DNA of 64,000 nucleotides from Bacteroidota bacterium (GCA_018829205.1 JAHJUE010000014.1:78069-142068), one strand, 5' to 3'. Shown: positions 28,273 to 38,831, counted from the first letter of the stretch. Notes: generated by a model from the sequence alone, not told the origin. Made by a program: numbers and translations.

Positions 28273-31086
28273 GTGAAACTTTGTGTGAAAATATACTTAT
28301 ATATTTTATTGATATTAACGGCTGGATATGTGAATATTTTATCGCAGACATATTTAGATCCGACCAAAAGTATTAATGAAAGAGCTGAAGATTTACTTGC
28401 GCGTATGACGCTCGATGAAAAAATAGGACAAATGACTCAAGCCGGAAGAAGTTTTTTAAACAGCAATAACGATATATCCAAATACTTTCTCGGATCATTG
28501 CTAAGCGGCGGCGGCAGCGCTCCTTCAAATAATTCCGCCTCCGGATGGGCGCAAATGTATGACGAGTACCAAAGCATAGCTTTAACAACCCGGTTAAAAA
28601 TCCCGATGATTTACGGTATCGACGCGGTGCATGGACATAACAATGTAAAAGGCGCTGTAATTTTTCCTCATAATATCGGGTTGGGCGCGACTAATAACCC
28701 AGAACTTGTTAAAAGAGCTGCGGAAATTACTGCATTAGAAGTCGCCGCAACAGGAATTGATTGGACTTTCGCGCCATGTATTGCCGTACCGAGAGATGAA
28801 AGATGGGGAAGAACATATGAAGGTTTTGCCGAAACTCCGGAACTTACGAGCATTATGAGCGCTGCTGCTGTTTCAGGTTTACAAGGAGATTTACTTTCTA
28901 ATCCCGCTTCAATTCTTGCCTGCGCAAAACATTTTATAGGTGACGGCGGTACCGCTCAAGGTAGTGATCAGGGGAATACTCAATTAAGCGAAGATGAATT
29001 AAGAGCCATACATTTACCCGGTTATTTAGCCGCTATTGAAAATAATGTCGGCTCAATAATGGCATCTTACAACAGCTGGAACGGGGAAAAACTTCACGGT
29101 CAGAAATATCTGATGACTGATTTACTAAAAACAGAACTTGGTTTTGAAGGTTTTATTGTCTCTGACTGGGCGGCTATTGATCAATTACCCGGCGATTATA
29201 AAGGTGATATTGAAAAATCAATTAATGCCGGTATTGATATGGTTATGGTTCCCGGGAAATACGCGGAGTTTATTAATTTATTTAAGGAATTGGTAAACGA
29301 AGGAAAAATTAATGATAACAGAATCAATGACGCGGTATTAAGAATTCTTAAAATAAAATTTAAGTTGGGTTTATTTGAAAATCCATATTCTGATATCAGT
29401 TTGCTCGGCAGTTTCGGAAATCAGGATCATCGTGATGTCGCGCGTCAATGCGTTAGGGAATCTTTGGTATTGCTAAAAAAGAAAGACGATATTCTTCCGC
29501 TTAAAAAAGACGGAAGTAAAATTCTTGTTGCCGGAAAAGCCGCGAATGATATTGGAACTCAATGCGGTGGATGGACAATAAGCTGGCAGGGAATGAATGG
29601 AGATATAACCGAAGGAACAACAATTTTTGAAGCATTGCAGATTACCGCGTTATCTTCAACAGTAACTTATTCTGAAAATGGAGATGTCCCTTCCGATGCT
29701 GACGCAGCAGTGGTGGTAATTGGCGAAGCGCCATACGCTGAAGGAAACGGCGACAGAACAGATTTGCATTTTTCGGATGAAGATGTAAATCTTATTAGAA
29801 AAGTTAAAGAATCGGGAAAACCTGTAATTGTTATTATGCTCTCGGGAAGACCAATGATTATCGATAATATTGTTCCCTACAGCGATGTATTAATTGCGGC
29901 ATGGCTGCCGGGAACAGAAGCTTTGGGCATAACGGATGTATTATTCGGCGATTATCAGCCTAAAGGAAAACTCCCGCATTCATGGCCAAAAAGTATGTAT
30001 CAAATTCCAATTAATTTTGGAGACGAAATTTATGATCCGCTTTTCGAATACCAGTTTGGAATTAACAGCTCCGGTAATACACCTTCAGGATCAGCTCCGG
30101 AATTTTATTCCGGTTTAATTTTAGACGCGGGTTTATCGTTGGAGATTTCTTTCACAAAAGATATTAATGACCTAACCGTTTCAAAAAATGATTTTAGTGT
30201 TTTAACAAATAACAATGAATTGGAAATCTCCAATATTCAAATGAATCCTAACGGCAAAAAATCAATAATATTTAATGTAAATTCACCAATTAACAAAGGT
30301 GATGTTGTAAACCTTTTTTATAATCAGGGTTCGCTGCAATCTTATGACGGAGGATTTCTAAACACCTTTGAAACAGATCAGATTTATAATCTGTTAAACG
30401 AAACAACTGCCGCCGTTACAATACCCGCTAAAATTGAAGCTGAGGATTATACAGATATGAACGGCATTCAAACCGAGAATACGCTTGACGAAGGCGGCGG
30501 AATAAATGTTGGATGGATTGACGACGGGGATTGGATGGATTACAATATTAATGTTCCTTCGCCGGGGAGTTATATTGTTAATTATAGAATTGCCAGTCCG
30601 AATACAGGAGGCAAACTAAATTTTATAAATAACGGAAGTGTGCTTTCATCGGCAAATATTCCTGTTACAGGTAACTGGCAGTTCTGGCAGACCGTGCAGA
30701 CATTGGTAAATCTAAACTTCGGGGAGCAGACTATAAGATTATTTGCAGAAAAAGGTGGATTTAATCTAAATTGGTTTTCTTTTGATGCTGTTACGGATAT
30801 TGAAGAAACTAAAAATATCACACCAAACTTTTCACTTGAACAGAATTACCCAAACCCCTTTAACGGTTCTACAATTATAAAATTTTCAATACCGGAAAAA
30901 GATTTTGTGAATCTTAAAATTTTCGATATGCTTGGCCGTGAAATCAAAACTCTTATCAGCTCAAATCTTGATAGCGGCAACTATACATTTGAATTAAACG
31001 CGGCGAATATGACATCCGGCGTTTATTTCTATTATCTTACCAACTCAAAATATGTCTCGGTTAAAAAATTTATTCTATTAAAATAA
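28273..31086 (+). CDS. GH3 exo-beta-glucanase with a CBM6 module and a T9SS C-terminal domain (secreted paralogue of 20715-22556)
   Basis: [40 protein letters not shown]6 [11 protein letters not shown]...[15 protein letters not shown]...TGNWQFWQT...[28 protein letters not shown]...GVYFYYL. The start is uncertain: the track gives TTG at 28243, and I prefer the GTG at 28273 ahead of the hydrophobic signal. Confidence 0.85.
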   Translation: MKLCVKIYLYILLILTAGYVNILSQTYLDPTKSINERAEDLLARMTLDEKIGQMTQAGRSFLNSNNDISKYFLGSLLSGGGSAPSNNSASGWAQMYDEYQSIALTTRLKIPMIYGIDAVHGHNNVKGAVIFPHNIGLGATNNPELVKRAAEITALEVAATGIDWTFAPCIAVPRDERWGRTYEGFAETPELTSIMSAAAVSGLQGDLLSNPASILACAKHFIGDGGTAQGSDQGNTQLSEDELRAIHLPGYLAAIENNVGSIMASYNSWNGEKLHGQKYLMTDLLKTELGFEGFIVSDWAAIDQLPGDYKGDIEKSINAGIDMVMVPGKYAEFINLFKELVNEGKINDNRINDAVLRILKIKFKLGLFENPYSDISLLGSFGNQDHRDVARQCVRESLVLLKKKDDILPLKKDGSKILVAGKAANDIGTQCGGWTISWQGMNGDITEGTTIFEALQITALSSTVTYSENGDVPSDADAAVVVIGEAPYAEGNGDRTDLHFSDEDVNLIRKVKESGKPVIVIMLSGRPMIIDNIVPYSDVLIAAWLPGTEALGITDVLFGDYQPKGKLPHSWPKSMYQIPINFGDEIYDPLFEYQFGINSSGNTPSGSAPEFYSGLILDAGLSLEISFTKDINDLTVSKNDFSVLTNNNELEISNIQMNPNGKKSIIFNVNSPINKGDVVNLFYNQGSLQSYDGGFLNTFETDQIYNLLNETTAAVTIPAKIEAEDYTDMNGIQTENTLDEGGGINVGWIDDGDWMDYNINVPSPGSYIVNYRIASPNTGGKLNFINNGSVLSSANIPVTGNWQFWQTVQTLVNLNFGEQTIRLFAEKGGFNLNWFSFDAVTDIEETKNITPNFSLEQNYPNPFNGSTIIKFSIPEKDFVNLKIFDMLGREIKTLISSNLDSGNYTFELNAANMTSGVYFYYLTNSKYVSVKKFILLK

Positions 31087-31179
31087 ATTTATTTATATTA
31101 CTAAAGTCATTTCCCTTTTTTAGAATATTACATTTCATTATTATTACTGTGTAATTTTATAAAATTGGGGAGAACATTT

Positions 31180-33300
31180 ATGAAAAATCTTTTTTTGCTT
31201 TTACCGTTATTAATAATTTTTTCATTTGCGTGCAAATCATCAGAAGGAGACAGTGTAATGGATAATCCTTTTTTTGCCGAATATAATACTCCGTTTTCAA
31301 CTCCGCCGTTCGATAAAATTAATGAGGATCATTATTTACCGGCATTCATAAAGGGAATGGAAGAGCAAAATAAGGAAATTGAGATTATTATTAACAATCC
31401 CGACGAACCTACATTCGAAAATACTATTGAGGCTATTGAATATTCAGGTAATCTTTTATCAAAGGTAAGCAGGGTGTTTAACGCTATGACAGAATCAAAC
31501 ACCAGCGAAAAACTGCAGAATATTTCAAAAGAAATTTCGCCTAAACTTTCTAAACACCGGGATGAAATCAATTTAAATCCCAAATTATTTGAAAGAGTAA
31601 AATCCGTATACGATAAAAAAGATAATCTCGGTCTTAATACGGAACAGGCTAAACTGCTTGATGAATATTACAAAGGATTTGTTAGAGGCGGAGCGAATTT
31701 AAACCCCGTAGATAAAGATAAGTTTAAAGAGATAAACAGCCAGCTTTCTTTGTTGACTCTCCAGTTCGGCGAAAATGTATTAAAAGAAAATAATTCTTTT
31801 CAGCTTGTAATCGATAACAAGGATGATCTTGAAGGACTTACAGAAGATGTTATCGCTTCGGGCGCAGAAGAAGCTGCTGCCAAAAGGTTGAAAGATAAAT
31901 GGGTTTTTACTCTGCAAAAACCGAGCATGATTCCTTTTCTTCAATATTCTAAAAAAAGAGAACTAAGAGAAAAACTTTATAAAGGATATCTAAATAAAGG
32001 CAATAACAATAATGAGCTTGACAACAAAGAGATAATTAAAAAGATTGTTAATCTCCGACTTCAGAAAGCTAACCTGCTCGGATTTAAAACCTACGCCGAA
32101 TATGTGCTTGATGACAACATGGCAAAGAATCCTAAGAATGTTTATGAACTGCTTAATAAATTATTGGATCCCGCGCTTAATGTAGCTAAAAAAGAAGCAG
32201 CAGATATGCAGAAGATGATTTATAATGAAGGCAATAAGTTTAAATTGGCATCATGGGACTGGTGGCATTACGCCGAGAAAGTAAAAAAAGAAAAATACGA
32301 TTTGGACGAAACTCAGCTTACTCCTTATTTCAAAGTTGAAAATGTAATTAATGGTGTGTTTAACCTTGCTTCAAATCTTTTCGGAATAACTTTCGAAGAA
32401 AGAACAGATATACCTGTTTACCATCCGGATGTAAAAACATTTGAAGTAAGAGACGCCGACGGTTCCCATATAGGAATTTTATATACCGATTATTATCCAA
32501 GAGAAAGCAAGAGAGGCGGTGCCTGGATGGACGCTTTCCGTAAACAGTATAAAAAAGACGGTAAGAATATTTCTCCTGTAATTTATAATGTCGGAAATTT
32601 TACAAAACCTACTGCCGATAAACCGTCGCTTTTAACTGTTGATAATGTAAATACATTGTTTCATGAATTCGGACACGCCATTCACGGTCTACTATCTAAT
32701 TGCACATATCCGAAATTGTCGGGGACAGCTACTCCGCAGGACTTCGTTGAATTTCCATCGCAGGTTATGGAAAACTGGGCAATGGAACCTGTTGTGCTTA
32801 AATCATATGCTAAACATTATTTAACCGGCGAACCGATCTCTGATGAATTAATTGAAAAAATTCAAAAATCAGGAAAGTTTAATCAAGGATTTGAAACTAC
32901 CGAATATCTTGCCGCGGCATTATTAGATATGGATTTTCATTCAATTGAAAAACCGTTCGAAGGGGATGTAATCGAATTTGAAAATGAAGCAATGAAAAAA
33001 ATAGGATTGATAAGTGAAATTGAACCTAGATATAAAAGCACGTATTATAATCATATATTTTCAAGCGAACCGGGTTATGCAACAGGATACTACAGTTATA
33101 TTTGGGCAGCAGTGCTTGACGCGGACGCGTTCGCGGCATTTAAGGAAACTGGCAACGTGTTAAATCCCGAACTCGGTCAAAAATATAGAAAATATATTCT
33201 CTCATCCGGAGGAACCGAGGATTCAATGGAACTTTACAGAAAATTCAGAGGAAAAGATCCCGACATAAAAGCTCTTCTTGAGAAAAGGGGACTGAACTAA
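31180..33300 (+). CDS. dcp: M3-family peptidyl-dipeptidase (Dcp-like zinc metallopeptidase), lipoprotein/secreted
   Basis: HEFGHAIHG zinc motif. Length and overall pattern match M3A Dcp/oligopeptidase. Signal peptide with Cys (FSFACKSS). Confidence 0.8.
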   Translation: MKNLFLLLPLLIIFSFACKSSEGDSVMDNPFFAEYNTPFSTPPFDKINEDHYLPAFIKGMEEQNKEIEIIINNPDEPTFENTIEAIEYSGNLLSKVSRVFNAMTESNTSEKLQNISKEISPKLSKHRDEINLNPKLFERVKSVYDKKDNLGLNTEQAKLLDEYYKGFVRGGANLNPVDKDKFKEINSQLSLLTLQFGENVLKENNSFQLVIDNKDDLEGLTEDVIASGAEEAAAKRLKDKWVFTLQKPSMIPFLQYSKKRELREKLYKGYLNKGNNNNELDNKEIIKKIVNLRLQKANLLGFKTYAEYVLDDNMAKNPKNVYELLNKLLDPALNVAKKEAADMQKMIYNEGNKFKLASWDWWHYAEKVKKEKYDLDETQLTPYFKVENVINGVFNLASNLFGITFEERTDIPVYHPDVKTFEVRDADGSHIGILYTDYYPRESKRGGAWMDAFRKQYKKDGKNISPVIYNVGNFTKPTADKPSLLTVDNVNTLFHEFGHAIHGLLSNCTYPKLSGTATPQDFVEFPSQVMENWAMEPVVLKSYAKHYLTGEPISDELIEKIQKSGKFNQGFETTEYLAAALLDMDFHSIEKPFEGDVIEFENEAMKKIGLISEIEPRYKSTYYNHIFSSEPGYATGYYSYIWAAVLDADAFAAFKETGNVLNPELGQKYRKYILSSGGTEDSMELYRKFRGKDPDIKALLEKRGLN

Positions 33301-33323
33301 TAATATTTCTTAATTAACTTTTT

Positions 33324-33355
33324 AAGCCCGTTGATTTTCAGCGGGCTTTTTAATT
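33324..33355 (+). terminator. Rho-independent terminator AAGCCCG-N11-CGGGCTT followed by TTTTAATTTT
   Basis: 7-bp GC-rich stem plus a T-rich tail, 24 nt after the dcp stop. Confidence 0.65.
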
Positions 33356-33375
33356 TTAAAGAGAATAGAATTATA

Positions 33376-33404
33376 TTGACATCAATATCCTGATTCTATA
33401 TATT
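33376..33404 (+). promoter_or_regulatory. Sigma-70-like promoter TTGACA-17 nt-TATATT
   Basis: Near-consensus -35 and -10 hexamers with 17-nt spacing, 34 nt upstream of the regulator ATG. Confidence 0.45.
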
Positions 33405-33410
33405 GCAAAC

Positions 33411-33428
33411 GTTTGGAAAATTTCAAAT
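33411..33428 (+). promoter_or_regulatory. Operator-like inverted repeat GTTTGGAA-AA-TTTCAAAT (site 1)
   Basis: Imperfect copy of the palindrome at 33961-33978. The shared extended context is AAACGTTTG(G)AAAATTTCAAA..AAAAACAT. It lies just downstream of the -10 hexamer of the regulator's own promoter. Confidence 0.5.
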
Positions 33429-33437
33429 ACTAAAAAC

Positions 33438-33920
33438 ATGACAGAAAAAGAAAAACTTCAAAATGAATTTATAATGAACTTCGGCCATGCTTATAAAGCA
33501 TTCGGCTTAAGCAAGTTGATGGGGCACGTTGTAGCTCTTCTAATCTATTCTTCTGAACCTGTTTCATTGGAAGATATTGCTAAATTACTTAATAGAAGTA
33601 AAGGCCCAATCAGTCAAATTACCCGCAGACTAAGGGATAAACATCTGATTCGAAGAGTTTGGCACCCCACAAGCAGAAAAGATTTTTATGAAATTGAGCC
33701 TGAAATTTTCGAGAATGCATTTCGAAATAATATTGATCTTATCAGGAACAACATGAAAATTGCAAAACATTTTCAAGTTGAAATAGCAAAACGTAAAATT
33801 GAAGATGCTGATTTATTAAAATCTAGACTCGTAGAGATGGAAAAGTTTTATGAACTAATGGATAAACATTATAAAAATTTTCTTGATGAATGGGAAATTG
33901 AAGAAAAGAAATTGAAATAG
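33438..33920 (+). CDS. GbsR/MarR-like winged-helix transcriptional regulator
   Basis: N-terminal wHTH pattern LSKLMGHVVALLIYSSEPVSLEDIAKLLNRSKGPISQITRRLRDKHLIRRV, then a helical C-terminal domain. This is family-level recognition only. Confidence 0.6.
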   Translation: MTEKEKLQNEFIMNFGHAYKAFGLSKLMGHVVALLIYSSEPVSLEDIAKLLNRSKGPISQITRRLRDKHLIRRVWHPTSRKDFYEIEPEIFENAFRNNIDLIRNNMKIAKHFQVEIAKRKIEDADLLKSRLVEMEKFYELMDKHYKNFLDEWEIEEKKLK

Positions 33921-33927
33921 AACAATA

Positions 33928-33951
33928 TGGCTTGTAAAGCCAAGTTTTTTT
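33928..33951 (+). terminator. Weak terminator TGGCTT-GTA-AAGCCA followed by AGTTTTTTT
   Basis: 6-bp stem and a 7-T run immediately after the regulator stop. Confidence 0.4.
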
Positions 33952-33960
33952 GTATTAAAC

Positions 33961-33978
33961 GTTTGAAAAATTTCAAAC
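33961..33978 (+). promoter_or_regulatory. Operator-like perfect inverted repeat GTTTGAAA-AA-TTTCAAAC (site 2)
   Basis: 8-bp perfect arms with a 2-nt spacer, 24 nt upstream of the fabG-like ATG. A second copy sits at 33411-33428. Confidence 0.55.
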
Positions 33979-34001
33979 GATAAAAACATTGAGAGAATAT
34001 T

Positions 34002-34745
34002 ATGAAAAGATTAGAAAACAAAGTAGCTGTAATTACTGGCGGCGCTCAGGGAATTGGAGCCGCTACTGTGGAAAAATTCCTAAACGAAGGAGCATCTGTT
34101 GCTGTATGGGATATTGATGTTTCTATTGGAGAAAAATTTGCAAACAAATTAAAAAATGAGGGTTTTAATGTCTCATTCTATCAAGTAGATGTTAGCAATT
34201 TTGAATCCGTTAGAACAAATGTTGAGAAAGTTATTTCTGAATTCGGAACAATTGATATTCTTGTTAATAATGCAGGGATTACCAGGGATGCGACTCTGAA
34301 AAAAATGACGCCCGAATTGTGGCAGCAGGTTATAAACGTAAATCTTACAGGGGTTTTTAACTGCTCTCAAATTATTTCTCAAATTATGATTGAAAAAGGA
34401 TATGGGAAAATCATTAACGCCTCTTCGGTTGTCGGTTTGTATGGAAATTTCGGGCAGACAAATTATGTAGCTACTAAATCAGGTGTGATTGGAATGACAA
34501 AGGTCTGGGCGCGTGAACTGGGCAGAAAGGGAATTAATGTAAACGCCGTTGCTCCGGGTTTCATTGCGACAGAAATGGTTAAAGCAATGCCCGAAAAAGT
34601 AATTCAAATGATGGAAGAAAAAACTCCGCTCGGAAGATTAGGCCAGCCTGAAGACATTGCAAATGCATACTTATTTTTGGCAAGCGAAGAAGCATCATTT
34701 ATAAACGGCGCTACATTAAGTGTTGACGGCGGTATTGTAATTTAA
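34002..34745 (+). CDS. fabG: Classical SDR, 3-oxoacyl-ACP (or acetoacetyl-CoA) reductase FabG/PhaB-like
   Basis: TGGAQGIGAA cofactor motif, NNAGI, catalytic S...YVATK. 247 aa. Confidence 0.8.
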   Translation: MKRLENKVAVITGGAQGIGAATVEKFLNEGASVAVWDIDVSIGEKFANKLKNEGFNVSFYQVDVSNFESVRTNVEKVISEFGTIDILVNNAGITRDATLKKMTPELWQQVINVNLTGVFNCSQIISQIMIEKGYGKIINASSVVGLYGNFGQTNYVATKSGVIGMTKVWARELGRKGINVNAVAPGFIATEMVKAMPEKVIQMMEEKTPLGRLGQPEDIANAYLFLASEEASFINGATLSVDGGIVI

Positions 34746-34755
34746 AAGGAATTCT

Positions 34756-35745
34756 ATGAGAAATGCTGTTATACATTCAACCGGAATTTACGTGCCGGAA
34801 AAAATCGTTAAAAATGATTTCTTCGATAAAATTTTAAACGAAAATGTAAGCACCTGGCTTGAAGAACATGTTCAGATTTTTGAAAGAAGATGGTGCAGCG
34901 AAAATGAATCTACATCGGATTTAGCCATTGCCGCCGCAAAAAATGCGATGGCAAAAGGTGGAGTTAATCCCGAAGATATTGATTTGTTAATTATCGCTAC
35001 CGATACACCCGAATATATCTCACCTTCTACATCTTCCAAAGTTCAATTCAAATTAAATTTGAAGAATGCGGGTACGTTTGATATAAATACCGCATGCGCA
35101 GGTTTTGTTACAGCGGTTGATACTGCGGTTAAATTTATTCGCGCGGACGAAAATTATAATACAGTTATGGTTATTGGCGCTTATGCTATGAGCAAGTATT
35201 TAAATATGCTCGATAAAAAAACCGTTAATTTATTTGCCGATGGCGCGGGATGCATGATTCTGAAATCTTCAGAAAATTCAGGAAACGGATATCTTGCGAG
35301 CAAGCTTATTACTAAAGGGGAATATTACGATTATATGGGAATTTATGCGGGTGGTACAAAACATCCGATAAACGAGAATGTAATTGCAGAAAAAACAAAT
35401 TTATTAACAATCGCGAAAAAATTTCCGCCTGAGTTAAATCCTAAAATATGGTCAGGCATGGCCGAAGATTTATCAAAAATGTCTGGAGTATCCTTAAATG
35501 ATGTAGCCCTATTTTTATTTACTCAAATTAATATAAATAGCATATGGGATACTATGGAAATTCTAAAGCAGCCAAAGGAAAAAACTCAAACCAGTATGCA
35601 TTATTACGGCTATACAGGATCCGCATGTATTCCTCTTGCTTTAGAAGACGCGATTAATAATAAAAAATTAAAAAAGGGCGATGTGTTTTTTATGATAGGT
35701 TCGGGCGGAGGATTATCATTCGCCGGAGCGGCTTTTAAATATTAA
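34756..35745 (+). CDS. KASIII (FabH)-like thiolase-fold protein that keeps the active-site Cys but lacks the canonical His and Asn
   Basis: FDINTACAGF (Cys114) and LFADGAGCMIL align with FabH. At the FabH PHQAN position the protein reads FTQIN (Thr256). At the GNTSAAS position it reads GYTGSAC (Tyr286). Confidence 0.75.
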   Translation: MRNAVIHSTGIYVPEKIVKNDFFDKILNENVSTWLEEHVQIFERRWCSENESTSDLAIAAAKNAMAKGGVNPEDIDLLIIATDTPEYISPSTSSKVQFKLNLKNAGTFDINTACAGFVTAVDTAVKFIRADENYNTVMVIGAYAMSKYLNMLDKKTVNLFADGAGCMILKSSENSGNGYLASKLITKGEYYDYMGIYAGGTKHPINENVIAEKTNLLTIAKKFPPELNPKIWSGMAEDLSKMSGVSLNDVALFLFTQININSIWDTMEILKQPKEKTQTSMHYYGYTGSACIPLALEDAINNKKLKKGDVFFMIGSGGGLSFAGAAFKY

Positions 35746-35764
35746 CTAATCAATTGTAAATATT

Positions 35765-37315
35765 ATGGCGACTGCAGAACAAATAATTGGTACCTGGTTT
35801 TTAATAATTACTTACGCCGCAATTATAATTTTTATTGTGGTTAAAGGGTCTATTAAAACAAAAAGCTTCAAAGATTATGCGGTCGGCAATATTAATTTCT
35901 CTCCTGTTTCTGTAGGTCTGTCTCTTGCCGCGTCAATGACCAGTGCCGCTACATTTGTCATAAATCCCGGTTTTATTGCAAATTACGGAATAAGCGGTTT
36001 TATTTCTTTCGGACTCGTTTTTCCATTAGGTTCTATGATCTCCCTTGTAGTACTAACAAAAAGTTTTCAGAAATACGGGCAGACAATAAAAGCATTAACT
36101 TTGGCGCAATGGATTGGGAAAAGATATGACAGTAAGGGTTATTCACTGCTTATGGCTTTTTTATCTTTACTTCTTATTACCTTTATAGTTTTAATAGTAG
36201 TAGCGTTAACAAAGGTTTTGTCTAAATCATTAAATATTAATGAGATTTATGTTTTAGCAAGCATTGTGATTTTTGTTTTCGGTTATATGATGTTCGGCGG
36301 CGCTAACTCAATGGTTTATACGAATACTGTTCAGGCAATTATTATGATTGTCGTAGCTGTAATTCTGCTTACATCAGGTTATCAGCATTTTAGTCAAGGA
36401 ATCTCTACTTTCTTCGATAATCTAACTGAAATTGATCCTGATTTAACAAAGATTACTAATGTTAACAGTCCGCTTTTTAGAGATATATTTGAAATTTTTA
36501 TTGCTCAATTTATTATTGGTATTGCTGTTGTTTGCCAGCCGCACATTATTACCAAATCACTTTTATTAAAAAGCGGCAAAGACGTTAATAAATTTTTAAT
36601 TGTTAGCGTTGCAGCTGAAGTATTATTCTTTTTGGTTGTATTAACAGGTTTATACGCCAGGCTAACATTTCCTGATCTGACAGTCAACGGAATTGGGTTA
36701 AAGAATGACGGTATTGTCTCGGCTTATGTTGTTCAAATATTTTCCGACGGTAAAATTGCTGTTGCTGTTGGTCTTTTGGTTATTCTAGGATTAATTTCTG
36801 CCGGGATGTCAACATTAGAAGGATTAATTCAATCGGTATCATCTTCAATTACGTCAGATATTATTCAGCCTCTTTTTGGTCACAGACTTAAAAACGAAAA
36901 CTCACTTATTACAGTTAACAGGGTTGTAATTTCTCTGCTCGCATTAATTTCTTTCATAATATCTTATGATCAGTTAATAAACCCGAAACTCAGTGTTGGA
37001 ATATTTGCGCAGAACGGAGTATACGCTTTTTTCTCAGCGGCTTTTATTCCTATACTTTTCGGCATCTTTATTAAAGATGTTAAATTAAAAGCTCCCTTGT
37101 ATGCAACATTGACAGCTTTATTTACGCATTTCTCAGTTTATTATATAATGCCTTTGTTTGTTTCGGAATTTGGTTTCTCATTCGGAGTTTTTACAAAATA
37201 TCTTGTCGGGGATGTCCGTAATCCTGCCATAGCTTCTTCTTGTGCGATTGTAATTTCTACCTTGGTTGGTCTTCTAATCCATTTTAAAGAGAAAAATAAA
37301 TCAGGGAAAAATTAA
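35765..37315 (+). CDS. Sodium:solute symporter family (SSF) transporter, substrate unknown
   Basis: About 13 predicted TM helices with an SSF-like layout. Embedded between the KASIII-like and ligase genes with gaps of 1-20 nt. Confidence 0.7.
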   Translation: MATAEQIIGTWFLIITYAAIIIFIVVKGSIKTKSFKDYAVGNINFSPVSVGLSLAASMTSAATFVINPGFIANYGISGFISFGLVFPLGSMISLVVLTKSFQKYGQTIKALTLAQWIGKRYDSKGYSLLMAFLSLLLITFIVLIVVALTKVLSKSLNINEIYVLASIVIFVFGYMMFGGANSMVYTNTVQAIIMIVVAVILLTSGYQHFSQGISTFFDNLTEIDPDLTKITNVNSPLFRDIFEIFIAQFIIGIAVVCQPHIITKSLLLKSGKDVNKFLIVSVAAEVLFFLVVLTGLYARLTFPDLTVNGIGLKNDGIVSAYVVQIFSDGKIAVAVGLLVILGLISAGMSTLEGLIQSVSSSITSDIIQPLFGHRLKNENSLITVNRVVISLLALISFIISYDQLINPKLSVGIFAQNGVYAFFSAAFIPILFGIFIKDVKLKAPLYATLTALFTHFSVYYIMPLFVSEFGFSFGVFTKYLVGDVRNPAIASSCAIVISTLVGLLIHFKEKNKSGKN

Positions 37316-37316
37316 A

Positions 37317-38831
37317 ATGCAGGTATTCGATTGGTTCGGTAAATGGGGAATTTATTCAAAAGATAAAACAGCGTTCAAAGAATTTGAAACCGGAAGAACA
37401 TTTACTTATAAAAAAGTAAATGTTCTCGCATCGGCGCTTAGTAAATATTTTAAAGATAATATGAATCTTAAAAAAGGAGATCGCGTATCGGTACTGGCTG
37501 AAAATTCTATTGAATATATAATATTGTTTGGTGTGGCTCAAAAACTTGGAATTACTTTAGTACCTCTAAATTACAGATTAACCTCAAGCGAACTTGATTT
37601 TATTATCTCCGATGCCGGCTGCATGTTAATAATATCAGAAGAAAAATTCGCAAATAAAATAACAACTTTGGATTGTTATCAAAATATCAAATTCAAATTA
37701 TTACTGGAAGAATTAAAATCCATACTGGCCGGATTTGAAAGTGAAGAATTTGACGGTGAATTTAATAATGACAATCAAACTGAAGAAATAACTGAAGATG
37801 ACGCCGCATTTATCTTATATACGTCAGGCACAACGGCATTTCCAAAAGGTGCTGTATATACTCATAAAATGCTGTTTTATAACAGTATAAATACCGAGTT
37901 GAGACTTGATTTAACATCTTCCGACCGATCAATAAATAGCGCGCCGTCATTCCATACAGGGAGCTGGAATGTGCTTATGACGCCCTTTATTCATCATGGC
38001 GCATTTACTCTTTTAATGAAAAGTTTTAATCCTGAATTGATGCTGAAAGCATTGGATGAAGAAAAAATAACTATCTGGTGGGCTGTTCCGACAATGCTTA
38101 AAATGATGTCCGATTCTGAAATGTTTGAAAAAGTTGAGCTTAAGAATTTAAGATATCTTGTTGTAGGCGGCGAAGCTATGCCTATTGACCTGATTGAAAA
38201 ATGGCACAGCAAAGGTGTTTTAATACGCCAGGGTTACGGATTAACTGAAGTAGGACCAAACGTTACTTCTCTTAATCATCAGGACGCAATAAGAAAACAA
38301 GGCTCAATTGGCACTCCGAACTTTTATTACAATACAAAGATTGTCGACGCCGATGAAAAAGAGATTGTTAATGAAGGAGTCGGAGAACTCGCATTAAAAG
38401 GCCCGACGGTTACTCCGGGTTATTGGAAGAATGATGTTGCTACAAAGGAATCAATTAAAAACGGATGGTTTTTTACCGGTGATATTGTAAGGCGTGATAA
38501 AGAAGGTTTCTTGTTTGTTGTCGATAGAATAAAAAATATGTATATCTCAGGGGGAGAAAATGTTTACCCGGCCGAAGTTGAGCATGTCTTATTAAACCAT
38601 CCGAAAATTAAAGACGCGGCAATAATAGGAATACCTGATGAAAAATGGGGCGAAACTGGCAAAGCGTTTATTGTGAAGAATGAATTATCAGATTTAAAAG
38701 AAGAGGACATAATAAATTATTGTGTTGAAAGATTGGCTAAGTATAAGGTTCCGAAACATATAAGATTTTTAACGTCGCTCCCGACTAACGATGCCGGAAA
38801 AATTGACAGAAAAAAACTAAAAGAGCTTTAA
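37317..38831 (+). CDS. AMP-dependent synthetase/ligase (acyl-CoA synthetase family, ANL superfamily)
   Basis: AMP-binding motif LYTSGTTAFPKG, YGLTE, TGD, and C-terminal GKIDRKKL. Confidence 0.85.
   Translation: MQVFDWFGKWGIYSKDKTAFKEFETGRTFTYKKVNVLASALSKYFKDNMNLKKGDRVSVLAENSIEYIILFGVAQKLGITLVPLNYRLTSSELDFIISDAGCMLIISEEKFANKITTLDCYQNIKFKLLLEELKSILAGFESEEFDGEFNNDNQTEEITEDDAAFILYTSGTTAFPKGAVYTHKMLFYNSINTELRLDLTSSDRSINSAPSFHTGSWNVLMTPFIHHGAFTLLMKSFNPELMLKALDEEKITIWWAVPTMLKMMSDSEMFEKVELKNLRYLVVGGEAMPIDLIEKWHSKGVLIRQGYGLTEVGPNVTSLNHQDAIRKQGSIGTPNFYYNTKIVDADEKEIVNEGVGELALKGPTVTPGYWKNDVATKESIKNGWFFTGDIVRRDKEGFLFVVDRIKNMYISGGENVYPAEVEHVLLNHPKIKDAAIIGIPDEKWGETGKAFIVKNELSDLKEEDIINYCVERLAKYKVPKHIRFLTSLPTNDAGKIDRKKLKEL

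Noticed and set aside
31180-33300. M3 dipeptidase as part of the glycan locus
   Set aside because: It has its own 90-nt upstream spacer and a clear terminator, and has no functional link to carbohydrate use. I treat it as an independent gene between two loci.
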